NCBI RefSeq assembly: GCF_902713615.1
Contig: NC_052152.1
Location: forward strand, 209,801,046 to 209,865,045
DNA length: 64,000 nucleotides
Direction of reading: 5' to 3'
Source of the DNA: Scyliorhinus canicula
Taxonomy: Eukaryota
In this document: in pieces, positions 37,951-49,760 of the stretch
How positions within the stretch are numbered: the first letter of the stretch is position 1
Layout: every line of letters begins with the position of its first letter
Translations under genes and position numbers: made by a program
The notes under the pieces: generated by a model
Database searches by the model: none
The model's input: only the letters and a program-made list of their open reading frames with translations
Told to the model about the DNA's origin: nothing

Positions 37951-39411
37951 CTTTAGGTACAAATTCAGGTACTTTTAAATGAGAGGGTTTCTACCTCCAC
38001 CACTTAACTAGGTAGTAAATTCCAAACACCCACCGCCCTCGAGGCAAAGTTTTATCTCGTGTCCTCTTTAATTCGTCAGAGTGGCCTTAAAATCTCACAA
38101 ACCTGAAAATCACTTCAGATATCTTTCTGGCCTTTTCAACTCTGACTTTACTGAACAGTTCTCGGTTCTAGTACCTCTGACTTTACTGAACAGTTCTCGG
38201 TTCTAGTACCTTTAACCTCAGACCTCTAGGAATCTTCGCTTCATTTCTCTAGTTTCCTTAACTTGCTACTCTTCAGATCTCCACACTTGCTTTCTTAACC
38301 ATTCATCCATAGTCTGGCTTTTCTTCCAGCAAAGCTGAGAGATGTTCCCTCTCTAGCTTTCTAAACCCACTGCTTCCAGCAGAGATGAGAGCTGCCTTCT
38401 CTCTCACTACGTATCTCCAAGTGCCCATAAATGCACTCAAAGTTCTATACCTTACAAGGCCTCAGCTGCTAGGCAATACCCACGTGCTAATGCCTTTTAT
38501 TTATTCTTCACGCTGTAGCCCTCTCTAAGCACAATAGAAACATAGTTTCCCAGCATGAATCCAATTGTAGGCACAGAACCAATAAAATAAACGCACTGAA
38601 AACTGTACCTTATTACTAATGTTTACCAATGCAAATATATATCCCTTAAAAGTTCCATTATTTTCCCAACAGGGTCAGAATTCTGGAACTCCCTTCCAAC
38701 ATTGACTGCAGCAGTTCAAGATGGCAGCTCAGCACCTCCAGGGTAGTTAGGGATTGGCAATAACTGCTGATCAAGCCAGTGAGACCAACATGCCATGAAG
38801 AAATTGTCTTACTCCTGTTTTCCCTTCCTGAAGAGCAGCTTGAGTTGAAATAACTATGGAATAAGTGGCTGGATCTCAGAGTTTATGAGAAAGCAGATAA
38901 GACACAGAAATTCAAAAGGGGCAGTGTAAAACCAGGACTGGTTTCACTGTTAAAAGTGGAATGGAAGCTTTGTTTAAAAGTATCATTTGCAAAACCAGGC
39001 CTGGATTTCAGAATGCAAACCGCTAAGGGAAAGCATGGTTATGTGAGAAGATTTTTAAGCTTGTTTTTGGGAATTGAGTTTGGAAACGCTCATGTGATCA
39101 TCATCTGGAGATTCTGAGGTAAAAATCCCCAGACACGAACTTGTGTTCAGAGCATGTGTGCATATTTAACCCCAGCCAATCATTCTGCTTACAAGGAACT
39201 GTGTGTTAATGGGATCTTTGTAACTTAAGAAAAGTTGTCATCAGTGTTAATCATTAAATCTGTGAATAGTTGTGAAGCTTGGGGGAAGGGAGGATATTGT
39301 ATTATCCAATTTTTTCATGTTAAATAAAAAAAATTTGTATTGAAGAATGTAAAAATTGTTGTATATTATATTTCATATTTGTTGCAGTGATATTATTAAA
39401 AACCCTGGTTT

Positions 39412-40587
39412 AGAACATAGAACGATACAGCGCAGTACAGGCCCTTCGGCCCACGATGTTGCACCGACATGGGAAGTCAAAAACTAAAGGCCATCTAACC
39501 TACACTATGCCATTATCATCCATATGCTTATCCAATAAACTTTTAAATGCCCTCAATGTTGGCGAGTTCACTACTGTTGCAGGTAGGGCATTCCACGGCC
39601 TCACCACTCTTTGCGTAAAAAACCTACCTCTGACCTCTGTCCTATTAACCCTCAATTTAAGGCTATGTCCCCTCGTGCTAGCCACCTCCACCCTATCTAA
39701 CCCTCTGATCATTTTGTATGCCTATTAAGTCACCTCTTAACCTTCTTCTTTCTAACGAAAACAACCTCAAGTCCATCAGCCTTTCCTCATAAGATTTTCC
39801 ATCCATACCAGGCAACATCCTGGTAAATCTCCTCTGCACCCGTTCCAAAGCTTCCACGTCCTTCCTATAATGAGGCAACCAGAACTGTACGCAATACTCC
39901 AAATGCGGCCGTACCAGAGTTTTGTACAGTTGCAACATGACCTCACGGCTCCGGAACTCAATCCCTCTAGCAATAAAGGCCAACACACCATAGGCCTTCT
40001 TCACAACCCTATCAACCTGGGTGGCAACTTTCAGGGATCTATGTACATGGACACCGAGATCCCTCTGCTCATCCACACTACCAAGAATTTTACCATTAGC
40101 CAAATATTCCGCATTCCTGTTATTCTTTCCAAAGTGAATCACCTCACACTTCTCTACATTAAACTCCATTTGCCACCTCTCAGCCCAGCTCTGCAGCTTA
40201 TCTATGTCCCTCTGTAACCTGCAACATCCTTCCACACTGTCTACAACTCCGCCGACTTTAGTGTCGTCTGCAAATTTACTCACCCAACCTTCTGTGCCCT
40301 CCTCTAGGTCATTTATAAAAATGACAAACAGCAACGGCCCCAGAATAGATCCTTGTGGTACGCCACTCGTAACTGAACTCCATTCTGAACATTTGCCATC
40401 AACCACCACCCTCTGTCTTCTTTCAACTAGCCAATTTCTGATCCACATCTCTAAATCACCCTCAATCCCCAGCCTCCATATTTTCTGCAATAGCCGACCG
40501 TGGGGAACCTTATCAAACGCTTTACTGAAATCCATATACACCACATCAACTGCTCTACCCTCGTCTACCTGTTCAGTCACCTTCTCA
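39412..40587 (-). mobile_element. 5'-truncated CR1 LINE
   Basis: ORF 39693-40580 (DFSKAFD, GVPQGS, KFADD); (tagaaca) tail. Confidence 0.93.
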
Positions 40588-40694
40588 TACAGACAGTATG
40601 TCTACTAAAACTTTATTTAAGGTACCATAAAAGAGTGAGGTAGTTATTCATTCCAACCACTCAACAGGTTACAGATAAAGGGGTGATGGGATGT

Positions 40695-43355
40695 TGTTAT
40701 GATTGCTGGAGATTCCCTGGAGAGAAGATAATTTATGAGGGATTAGATTTAGTCCTAGTTGAGCAGGTCATGGAGGTTAGTGGGATACAGATCATGTAAT
40801 AAATGAGAGGAGCCAGGTCCGTCTGTGGTTTTTCAGTCTGTTATAAGATTTTAAGTTGAACAGCAGTTTGCCATAGGATGAGTCTGACAAGACAGATGTG
40901 TATTGGATCTGCTCTTCAAAGTATCTCTCGTTAAGTATCAACACATATAATTAACCTGTTTGTTAACCTTAATTATAAGTGGCATTTGAACTGTATTGGG
41001 TTGCTTAATTGGAATTAGTAGCAGGTATAGATAGTAGGTTTACATTTTTCCTTTTATTTAAGAACTGTTTAACTGAGAACAGCAAGTAACCTTGATTGTT
41101 AACTTTATTTACAAGTGGATTTTGAACTGTAGTGGGTTGCTTTGTTGGAATATCTATATATATATATATATATATATATAGTGGTAGGTATAGATAGAGA
41201 GTTAAAGTTTGACCTTTTATTTTAAAACTGTTTAACGGTTCATTTTAAAACTATTTCTTTGATGTTAATGTGGTTGATACTGTGTTCAAATTAAAGTTTG
41301 TTCTCACAAAAAAGATACTTATTGGTCAGAGTCATCATTCCTGGGGTGAATTATCTTTTCCTTAGTTTTGCAAACAGAAATTTTTTTGGTGTTCTCGTTT
41401 GGTATCCTAACAGAAGTCGGGGTCTGTTTCATTATCATAACAAAATTGCAGACTCTTTACCAGGATTTAAACAGCATAAATCCTAGTTTGCTTTAGGATT
41501 ATTGAATTTAAAGACACTGTGTAGAACTGGTGCTTTCTTTCAGATGTTGATACTCTTGTCAGTTAAAATAGGTAGTGACTGGTAAAATGACTCTTTCAGT
41601 GGCTAAGAGTTTCCTGTGCGTTGAAGAGGTTGCTGTGGTTGGTTTGCAAAGTGTGGTTAAAACAAAGCTTTTGGAATTGGAGGTAAAGCTGCGTTGACTT
41701 TACCTGAATGGGTGAGGAAGATGGAGATAATTCAAGCCATAGCTTTGCACCCAAATTTGCCGGAGGCACAGTTCTGAATCATTGGAATTATCTAAAATTA
41801 AATTACAAATGAAACAATTGCGTCACGATAAAGAACTGAGATAGCTTGAATTGGAATTAAAGGCAAAGGAAAAAGGCAAGGAGCGGCAACGGCAGAGAAA
41901 AAGCAAAAAAATAGATTCTCTAAAGGCAATTAAAATGAGGAAATTTGAAGTGGAAATGGAAAGATTAGCAAGGGATGAAAAGAATCTGTTAGAGAGAGAG
42001 AGAGCATCACTTAAAATGTTGGTGTTAAAGCTAGAAGTTGAGGAAAGTTTAGAGGGAGGATAAAACCTTCTTAGTCAAAAGCCGAGTGGGGATATATTGA
42101 AGTATATTCAAGCACTGCCTTGGATGGACGAGAAAGATGTTGCAGCCTTTTTAAAAATCTAATTTAAGTAGCTAAACAATTGAAGTGACCAAAAAACATG
42201 TGGGTATTGTTGACTCAAACAAAGTTAGTACGTAGAGCTAGAAGTATTTGCATCATTATTTAGATGAGAAAAGCCATTTTAAGTGCTTATGAACTCGTGC
42301 CAGAAGCCGATAGACAGAAGTTTAGAAAAGTCAGGAACGAACCTGGTCAGACGTATATAGAATTTGGAAGAATTAAACAAACTAATTTTGATAGGTGGAT
42401 AAGAGCATTAAAAATAGACCAGACAAATGACGCTCCTAGGGAAACGGTTATTTTGGAAGTGTGTACCTGGGTTTGTGGGATGTGGCGGGTGTTATCTCTT
42501 TCCTTTCTGTTGTTTGCTTTTTTTTGTTTTCGAGTTAGTAGTTGTTTCTGTAGGGGGGTGGGTGGTGTTCTTCGGTTTTTACAATGGTTATTCTGTTAAT
42601 ATTGTTTTGTTGCTTATATTTTGTGAAAATCTTAATAAAAATTATTTTTAAAATAAATATCCATTCCAGCATTCGAGGAACCTTTTAGTAGGATTATAAT
42701 TTATTGCGTGGGACCCCTTCCCAAGATAAAAAGTGGGAATCAGATTTTGCTGACCATAATGGTTGTGTCTACCAGATGTCCAGAAGCCATTCCATTATGA
42801 AATATTACAGCTAAGAGGGTTGTAGAGGAGTTAACTACATTTCTTTTTACCAGATGAGGACTACCAAAAGAAATCTAATCAGATTAGGGATCCAATTTTA
42901 TGTTGAAGTTATTCAGGAAAGTTATGGATAACTTCAGGGATAAAAAAATTAAATCAACTACGTATCATCCAGAATCACGGAGTGTTAGAAAAGTGGCATT
43001 AAACTCTAAAGATCATGTTGAGGGCTATTGTCTGGATTATCCAGAGGATTGGAATAAAGGAATTCCATTTGTACTGTTTGCAATTAGGGATGTATCTAAT
43101 GAATCAACTAAATTCAGTCCATTCAAATTGATTTTTGGCTATGAGGTAAGAGGACCACTTAAATTGATCAGAGAAATTGGTGGGTCTGTGTTCTGAGACT
43201 ATCTTCTAAGACTGTATGTCAAACCTTAAGGAGAAATTAAATAGAGCTGGTGAGTTGGCTAGAAAGCATTAAAAATTGTCAGAGCACATGATAAAAAAAA
43301 ATAAGGTGGATAAGAAATCAAAACTCGTAGTTTTGCTAGTGGGGAGAAAGTATTA
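40695..43355 (+). mobile_element. Degenerate Gypsy (Gmr1-like) LTR retrotransposon: 5' LTR, gag, integrase
   Basis: LTR 40695-41442 with TGTTATGAT...ATCATAACA termini; gag RKAILSAYELVPEA.RQKFR; integrase VGPLPK, YHPES, PFVLFAIR..NESTKFSPF.LIFG.EVRGPL. Confidence 0.85.
41153..41180. repeat. (TA)n microsatellite
   Basis: Dinucleotide run within an LTR. Confidence 0.9.
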
Positions 43356-43359
43356 ATAT

Positions 43360-45310
43360 CATGCACGATGTGGGGCATCATGGACACTTCAAGGGTCCTT
43401 GAGGACTACGTGTTGAAAACGTCTTCAGCAAAAGCTCGCTGAATGCATGGATTGGTTAGAGCAGAAGCTGGAAGCACGGAGGAGCACACAATTAGCTGGA
43501 ATTGTGATGGATAATAGCTTCAGAGATGAGGTCACTCCTGAGGTACAGGAAGGTAGATGGGTGACCGCCAGATGGGGTAGGCAGACAGTGCAGGGGTCCC
43601 CCATGGATGTCCCCCTATCTAACAAGTATGCCGTTTTGGATACCTATGAGGGGGAAGGTCCATCACGGGACAGCAGCAGCAGTGAGCAGAGTGAAGGCAC
43701 CACGACTAGCCTTGCTGCACAGACAGGAGGTACAAGGCGTAGAAAAGCAATAGTGGTAGGGGATTCAATAATCAGGGGTACAGATAGGCACTTCTGTGCT
43801 GCGAAAGGGACTCCAGGATGGTAGTTTGCCTCCCTGGTGCCAGGGTCCTGGATGTCTCTGAGCGGGTACAAATCAGACAGAGGTCATTGTCCACGTTGGC
43901 ACGAATGACACAGGTAGAAAGAGTAGCGCAGTCCTGCAACGGCAATTTAAGGAGTTGGGTAGAAGATTAAAATGCAGGATCTCTGAGGTAGTAATATCAG
44001 GATTACTCCCCGTGCCACATGCTAGCAAGGCTAAGAACAGGGATATAGTGCAGTTCAACACGCGGCTAAAGAACTGATGCAGGAGGGAGGGCTTCAGCTT
44101 TTTGGATCACTGGGGTATCTTCCAGGGAAGGTGGGGCCTGTTCAAGAAGGACAGGTTACACCTGATCTTGAGGAACACCAACAACCTGGCTGGGAGGTTT
44201 GCTAGTATGGTTCAGGTGGGTTTAAACTAATGTGGCAGGGGGGTGGGAATCAGAACAGTAAGCCAGCAAGTGTAGAGACTGGGGATGAGCATGGTATCAG
44301 GGTCAGCCAGGGCAGGAAGGGAGAGGTCGAACTCAGTGTGCCTGGAGTGTATCTGTTTCAATGCACGGAGTATAACAGGTAAGACAGGTGAAGTTAAAGC
44401 CTTGATTCACGTGCGGAACCTGGATGTGGTTGCTGTAACGGAGAATTGGTTAAAAAAGGGATAGGACTGGCAGCTAAATATCCCAGGATATAGGTGTTTT
44501 AGGCGAGACAGGAAGGTAAAAGAGGTGGGGAGTTGCAATACTGATTAGAGAACATATTACAGCTGTACAGAGGGAGGACACCATGGAAGAGTCAAGTAAC
44601 GAGGCACTGTGGGTAGAACTCAGAAACAGGCAGGGGGCAGTCACTATGATGGGGGTGTACTACAGGCCTTCCAACAGCCCTCAGGAAGTTGAAGAACAGA
44701 TAGTAAGCAGATTCTGGATAGATGTAGAAATAATAGGGTTGTAGAGGGAGACTTTAATTTTCCTCATATTGACTGGAATTCCTTAGGGCTAGGGGTCCGG
44801 ATGGTGAGGAATTTGTTAAGTGTGTCCAAGAAGTATTTTGGAACAATATGCGGATAGTCCGACTAGAGGGAGCTATACTGGACCTAGTATTAGGGAACGA
44901 GCCCGGCCAGGTCATCAAAGTTGCAGTGGGAGAACATGTGGCAAACAGTGAGCACAATTCCGTAAACTTTCGGGTACTCATGGAAAAGGCAGAGTGTTGT
45001 CCGAGGGTTAAGGTGCTAAATTGGGGGAAGGCTAACTACAACCAGATTAGGCAGGATTTGGAGGCTGTTTGAGGGTAAATCCACATTTGTCATGTGGGAG
45101 TCTTTTAAATAGCAGTTGATAGGAGGGCAGGTCAGGCATGTGCCGGTAAAAAGGAAGGACAGGAACCATGGATAACCATCTAAATTGTGAAAATTGTCAA
45201 AAAGAAAAAAAAAGCAGACGTGAGGTACAGGCAACTAAAACAAGATGAAACACTTGAGTAATATAAGGAAAGTAGAAAAGAGCTCAAGCAGGGACTTAGG
45301 AGGGCAAAAA
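43360..45310 (+). mobile_element. CR1 5' portion (ORF1 esterase-like + endonuclease), degenerate
   Basis: AIVVGDSIIRG, VHVGTND, FNARSI, LDLVLGNEPGQV. Confidence 0.85.
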
Positions 45311-45505
45311 CGGGCAGCACGGTAGCATAATGGTTAGCACTGTTGCTTCACAGCTCCAGGGTCCCAGGTTCGATTCCCGGCTTGGGTCACTGTGCGGAGT
45401 CTGAACCCAGAGCATTAGCCTCTGGATTGTTGGTCCAGTGACATGATCTCAATGCCGCTGTATTCCTGCGAGTAGCTGCAATTCCACAGATTTAGATTGT
45501 TTTTC

Positions 45506-45849
45506 ATAGAATTTACAGTGCAGAAGGAGGCCATTCAGCCCATCGAGTCTGCACTGGCTCTTGGAAAGAGCACCCTACCCAAGCCCATACCTCCACCCTG
45601 TCCCCATAACCCAGTAACCCCACCTAACACTAAGGGCAATTTGGACCCTGAGGGCAATTTAGCCTGGCCAATTCACCTAACCTGCACATCTTTGGACTGT
45701 GGGAGGAAACCGGAGCACCCGGAGGAAACCCACGCACACACGGGGAGGACGTGCAGATTCCACACAGACAGTGACCCAAGCCGGGATTCGAACCTGGGAC
45801 CCTGGAGCTGTGAAGCATTTGTGCTATCCACAATGCTACCGTGCTGCCC
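45506..45849 (-). mobile_element. HE1-type SINE
   Basis: Full consensus; a plus-strand head fragment lies at 45312-45404. Confidence 0.9.
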
Positions 45850-46636
45850 AATTATATTGTGTTCTGGTTTGAATTTAAATACATACAACCCAGCTATAAT
45901 TTACTCCCTGCATTCAATATTCTGATAAATGGGCTCTACATCTTCCACTCAAAAACCTTGCTCTGATGGGATTCATTATTTATCTTCCCTTTCCCCACCC
46001 ACTCCTGGATGCTCAGACTCAAGATATGGACCGAGTCACTCACTGGAAACTCACTTGTCACTGAAAGATCTGCAGCTTAGGAAGGGCATTCACCCTTCCA
46101 CAGCAGCAACGGTAGAAAAAAATACCGAAACATAAGCAAAAGCTACGGATTGAACCAAGGTTCTTAAGGTAGATATCCAGCACATGGTTTCCAACCATTG
46201 TTCCCTGTATGTTTTCACCCCTTTAAAATACTGTGCTACACACAGAATATTGAGGTATCGGACACGCCTATCAACAGGCTGCATTCAAAAACAATTTAAC
46301 AGGGAGACTGGTTCTAGCCAACTGAGACTAATGGTGTCACAGTTATCTGCTGTCCACAAAGTGAAATGTTTCTAGGCCAATATCAATCCACTTCAACAAG
46401 GGCAGGGGCCGCAATTCACAAACATGGGAAATGCCATGCTCGTCCTAGTGTTCCCAAGAACTCACTGCTGTGGCAAGGCACAGGAACTTCACCCTGCACC
46501 CAACTCATGCTGTCCCCCAGCACCGGGTGTTCAATGCTTCAAATACTGAATAGTGTTATCCCATAATGCAAAGCCAGTCATGCACACATCCCTCACCTCA
46601 ATGAGGCCGAAAGTAAAATGGAGTCTGTGCTCTCAC

Positions 46637-46763
46637 CTCCTCAGCTAGAGCCTTGGCCTCGTCCTGTGTGTGAGTTGCGTCAACCAGGTTTCGAAAGGCC
46701 ACGTATTCCATGCTGTGACAGGCTGCACAGACCTGCTTGTATACCTGATAACCGCGGCGAACA
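46637..46763 (-). CDS. CYC1: Cytochrome c1 exon 3 (heme-binding CxxCH)
   Basis: VRRGYQVYKQVCAACHSMEYVAFRNLVDATHTQDEAKALAEE; tttccag acceptor, GAG|gtgag donor; 127 nt, phase 2 to 0. Confidence 0.97.
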
Positions 46764-47399
46764 CTGGAAATAGAGCAAGACAGCAACTTCAAATCAATGC
46801 GCCTAACATCGCCCTCGAGGAGAAACAGAACCAGCGCTCCTCCACCACCCTCTCCTCCCAAGCAGGCTTCCTTCAAGAATTAGTGTCACTAATATACAGA
46901 ACCAACATTTTAAAACCACAAAACATTGGACTATGTCAAGCAGCAATTCCCATTGCTGCAGGAAGATTGAACTGCATTTTCATCCAAAATGAATGGTGCA
47001 AAATGCTGAATAAATATCTGGAAAGTGTAGTGTGACATTCATTGAAAAGAACCATATTTCTACAAGTCCCCTTGCATACATTAGATCAGAAATGTGATTA
47101 CTCTTTTCAGGTAGATTTGTGAGCTGATTTAATCCCTTCACGCATAGTTGGGACATAGCCGTCCATCATATTCTGTAAATTCTATGATAATCTATGATAT
47201 CTGCACACATGAACCTTCCCAGAGCTTCGCAGGGAGATTTGGGCAGACTAATCGATCTGTAGGCTGTTGTCAGCAGTTGGTCAATGGGTCGCGCACACTC
47301 CTCTGAATCAGAAGGTTGTGAGTTAAGTCTCACTCCAGGTTTTGGTATCCGAGGGGAGTTTCCCCCCCTTTTCCACGTACATCAGGTTGGGCTCAGAGA

Positions 47400-47756
47400 C
47401 ATAGAACATAGAACAGTACAGCACAGAACAGGCCCTTCGGCCCTCAATGTTGTGCCGAGCCATGATCACCCTACTCAAACCCACGTATCCACCCTATACC
47501 CATAACCCAACGAACCCCCCCCCCCCCCCCCTTAACCTTACATTTATTAGGCCACTACGGGCAATTTAGCATGGCCAATCCACCTAACCCGCACATTTTT
47601 GGACTGTGGGAGGAAACCGGAGCACCCGGAGGAAACCCTCGCACACAGGGGGAGGACGTGCAGACTCCACACAGACAGTGACCCAGCCGGGAATCGAACC
47701 TGGGACCCTGGAGCTGTGAAGCATTTATGCTAACCACCATGCTACCCTGCTGCCCC
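47400..47756 (-). mobile_element. HE1-type SINE
   Basis: Near-identical to 25213-25559 in reverse. Confidence 0.92.
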
Positions 47757-47759
47757 TGG

Positions 47760-49050
47760 AGGTTTGATTCTGCTCTCCTGGTAGACAGGAAATTCTCCGA
47801 GAATGTGACCTTGGTGATAAAGGACTATGTGGAGCTTAATCAGAACAGGGAGGTTTCTCCCTCCACGTTTTGGGAGGCACTGAAGGTACGAGGAGGCTAG
47901 TCGGCTGCTAGCAAATCAGTTGCCTTTTTTAAATTTAGAGTACCCGGGTCCTCAGTGCCGTGAGACAGCACGGTAGCATTGTGGATAGCACAATCGCTTC
48001 ACAGCTCCAGGGTCCCAGGTTCGATTCCAGCTTGGGTCACTATCTGTGTGGAGTCTGCACGTTCTCCCCGTGTCTGCGTGGGCTTCCTCCGGGCGCTCCG
48101 GTTTCCTCCCACAGTCCAAAGATGTGCAGGTTAGGTGGATTGGACATGATAAATTGCCCTTAGTGTCCAAAGTTGCCCTTAGTGTTGGGTGGGGTTACTG
48201 GGTTATGGGGATAGGGTGGAGGTGTTGACCTTGGGTAGGGTGCTCTTTCTGAGAGCCGGTGCAGACTCGATGGGCTGAATGGCCTCCTTCTGCACTGTAA
48301 ATTCTATGTAAATCTATGTCAAATCTAACCACTGCGCCGCCCTTGCCCATCAGTTGTGATGGCAGTCGGCTACATGGGAGATTGCGCAGGTGAGGGAGGA
48401 GGGTTGGTGACAACACCGGAAAACAATTGATGACATTCGAGTCCTTCTATCAGGGGCTGTATAGATCTGAGCCCGGGAGAGGAGGGGCAAGGCAGGGCAG
48501 GGGTGAGAGGGAGTGCATTGGTGTTCCCGGAGGTGGAGAGAGGGAAGGGACAGGTATTGGAGGCACCATTGGGGTTGCAGGAGATAATGGAGTGTGTTGG
48601 GTTGATGCAGTCAGGGAAGGCACCGGGGCCGAATGGCTTTCTGGTACAAATGTATGCACTGTTTTCCACAGATTTGGTGCTCCATCTCCTAGGGATTGGG
48701 CCTGATCCCAAAGAAGGATAAGGACCCGGCAAAGCTTATAGGCCCATCTCCCCGCTGAATACTGATGTGAAGGTGCTGGCAGGGAGGTTGGAGGGATATG
48801 TGCCAGAGGTGGTCTCGGAGGATCAGGTGGGGGTTGTTACGGGGTGGCAGTTTTTGAGCATCATCAGGAGGTTGTTGAATCTGTTAATCACTCCATCAAT
48901 GGGTAAAGCGGTAGTTGGACGTGGAGGAACCTACATTTCGACCATATAGAATGGAGGTAACTGTTTTCGTTTTGGACAGTTTGGGCCGAAGTTCACTTCA
49001 TGGGTGCATTTCCCGCCCCACAGCAAGTGTGAGGACAAATACGGTGGATT
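47760..49050 (+). mobile_element. L1/Tx1-clade LINE ORF2 relic
   Basis: ST.WEALK, FESFYQGLY, MQSGKAPGPNGF, YRPISPLNTDVKVLA, EDQVG. Confidence 0.75.
47963..48310 (+). mobile_element. HE1-type SINE
   Basis: Full consensus. Confidence 0.92.
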
Positions 49051-49527
49051 TGGGCAACACGGTAGCACAAGTGGATAGCACTGTGCCTTCACAGCACCAG
49101 GGTCCCAGTTTCGATTCCCCGCTGGGTCACTGTCTGTGCGGAGTCTGCACGTTCTCCCCGTGTCTGCGTGGGTTTCCTCCGGGTGCTCCGGTTTCCTCCC
49201 ACAGTCCAAAGACGTGCAGGTTAGGTGGATTGGCCATGATAAGAACATAAGAACTAGGAGCAGGAGTAGGCCATCTGGCCCCTCGAGCCTGCTCCGCCAT
49301 TCAATTAGATCATGGCTGATCTTTTGTGGACTCAGCTCCACTTTCTGGCCCAAACACCATAACCCTTAATCCCTTTATTCTTCAAAAAACTATAAATTGC
49401 CCCTTAGTGACTAAAAAGGTTAGGAGGGTTTATTGGGTTACGGGGATAGGGTGGAAGTGAGGGCTTAAGTGGGTTGGAGCAGACTCGATGGGCCAAATGG
49501 CCTCCTTTTGCACTGTATGTTCTATGA
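49051..49527 (+). mobile_element. SINE with a nested antisense CR1 3' end (about 49240-49392)
   Basis: Core breaks at ccatgataa and resumes at ataaattgccc. Confidence 0.85.
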
Positions 49528-49760
49528 TTACAAATCTGTCTGTTTCAGCCTTGAACATACTAAATGACCCAGCCTCGACAGCTCTCCACAGATTCACTAT
49601 TCTCAAAGATACGTCTACTCATCTCAATCGTAAATGGGTGACCCCTCACTCAGATTATGCCCTCTGGTCCTAGACTCTCCCACAAGAGAAAACAACCTCT
49701 CAGCATCTACCCAGTCCCGAGAATTCTATGTGTCTCAATAAGGCCACCTCCATTCTTCTT

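Noticed and set aside
36610-39400. Possible LTR fragments
   Set aside because: Composition suggests repeats, but no termini or TSDs could be fixed.
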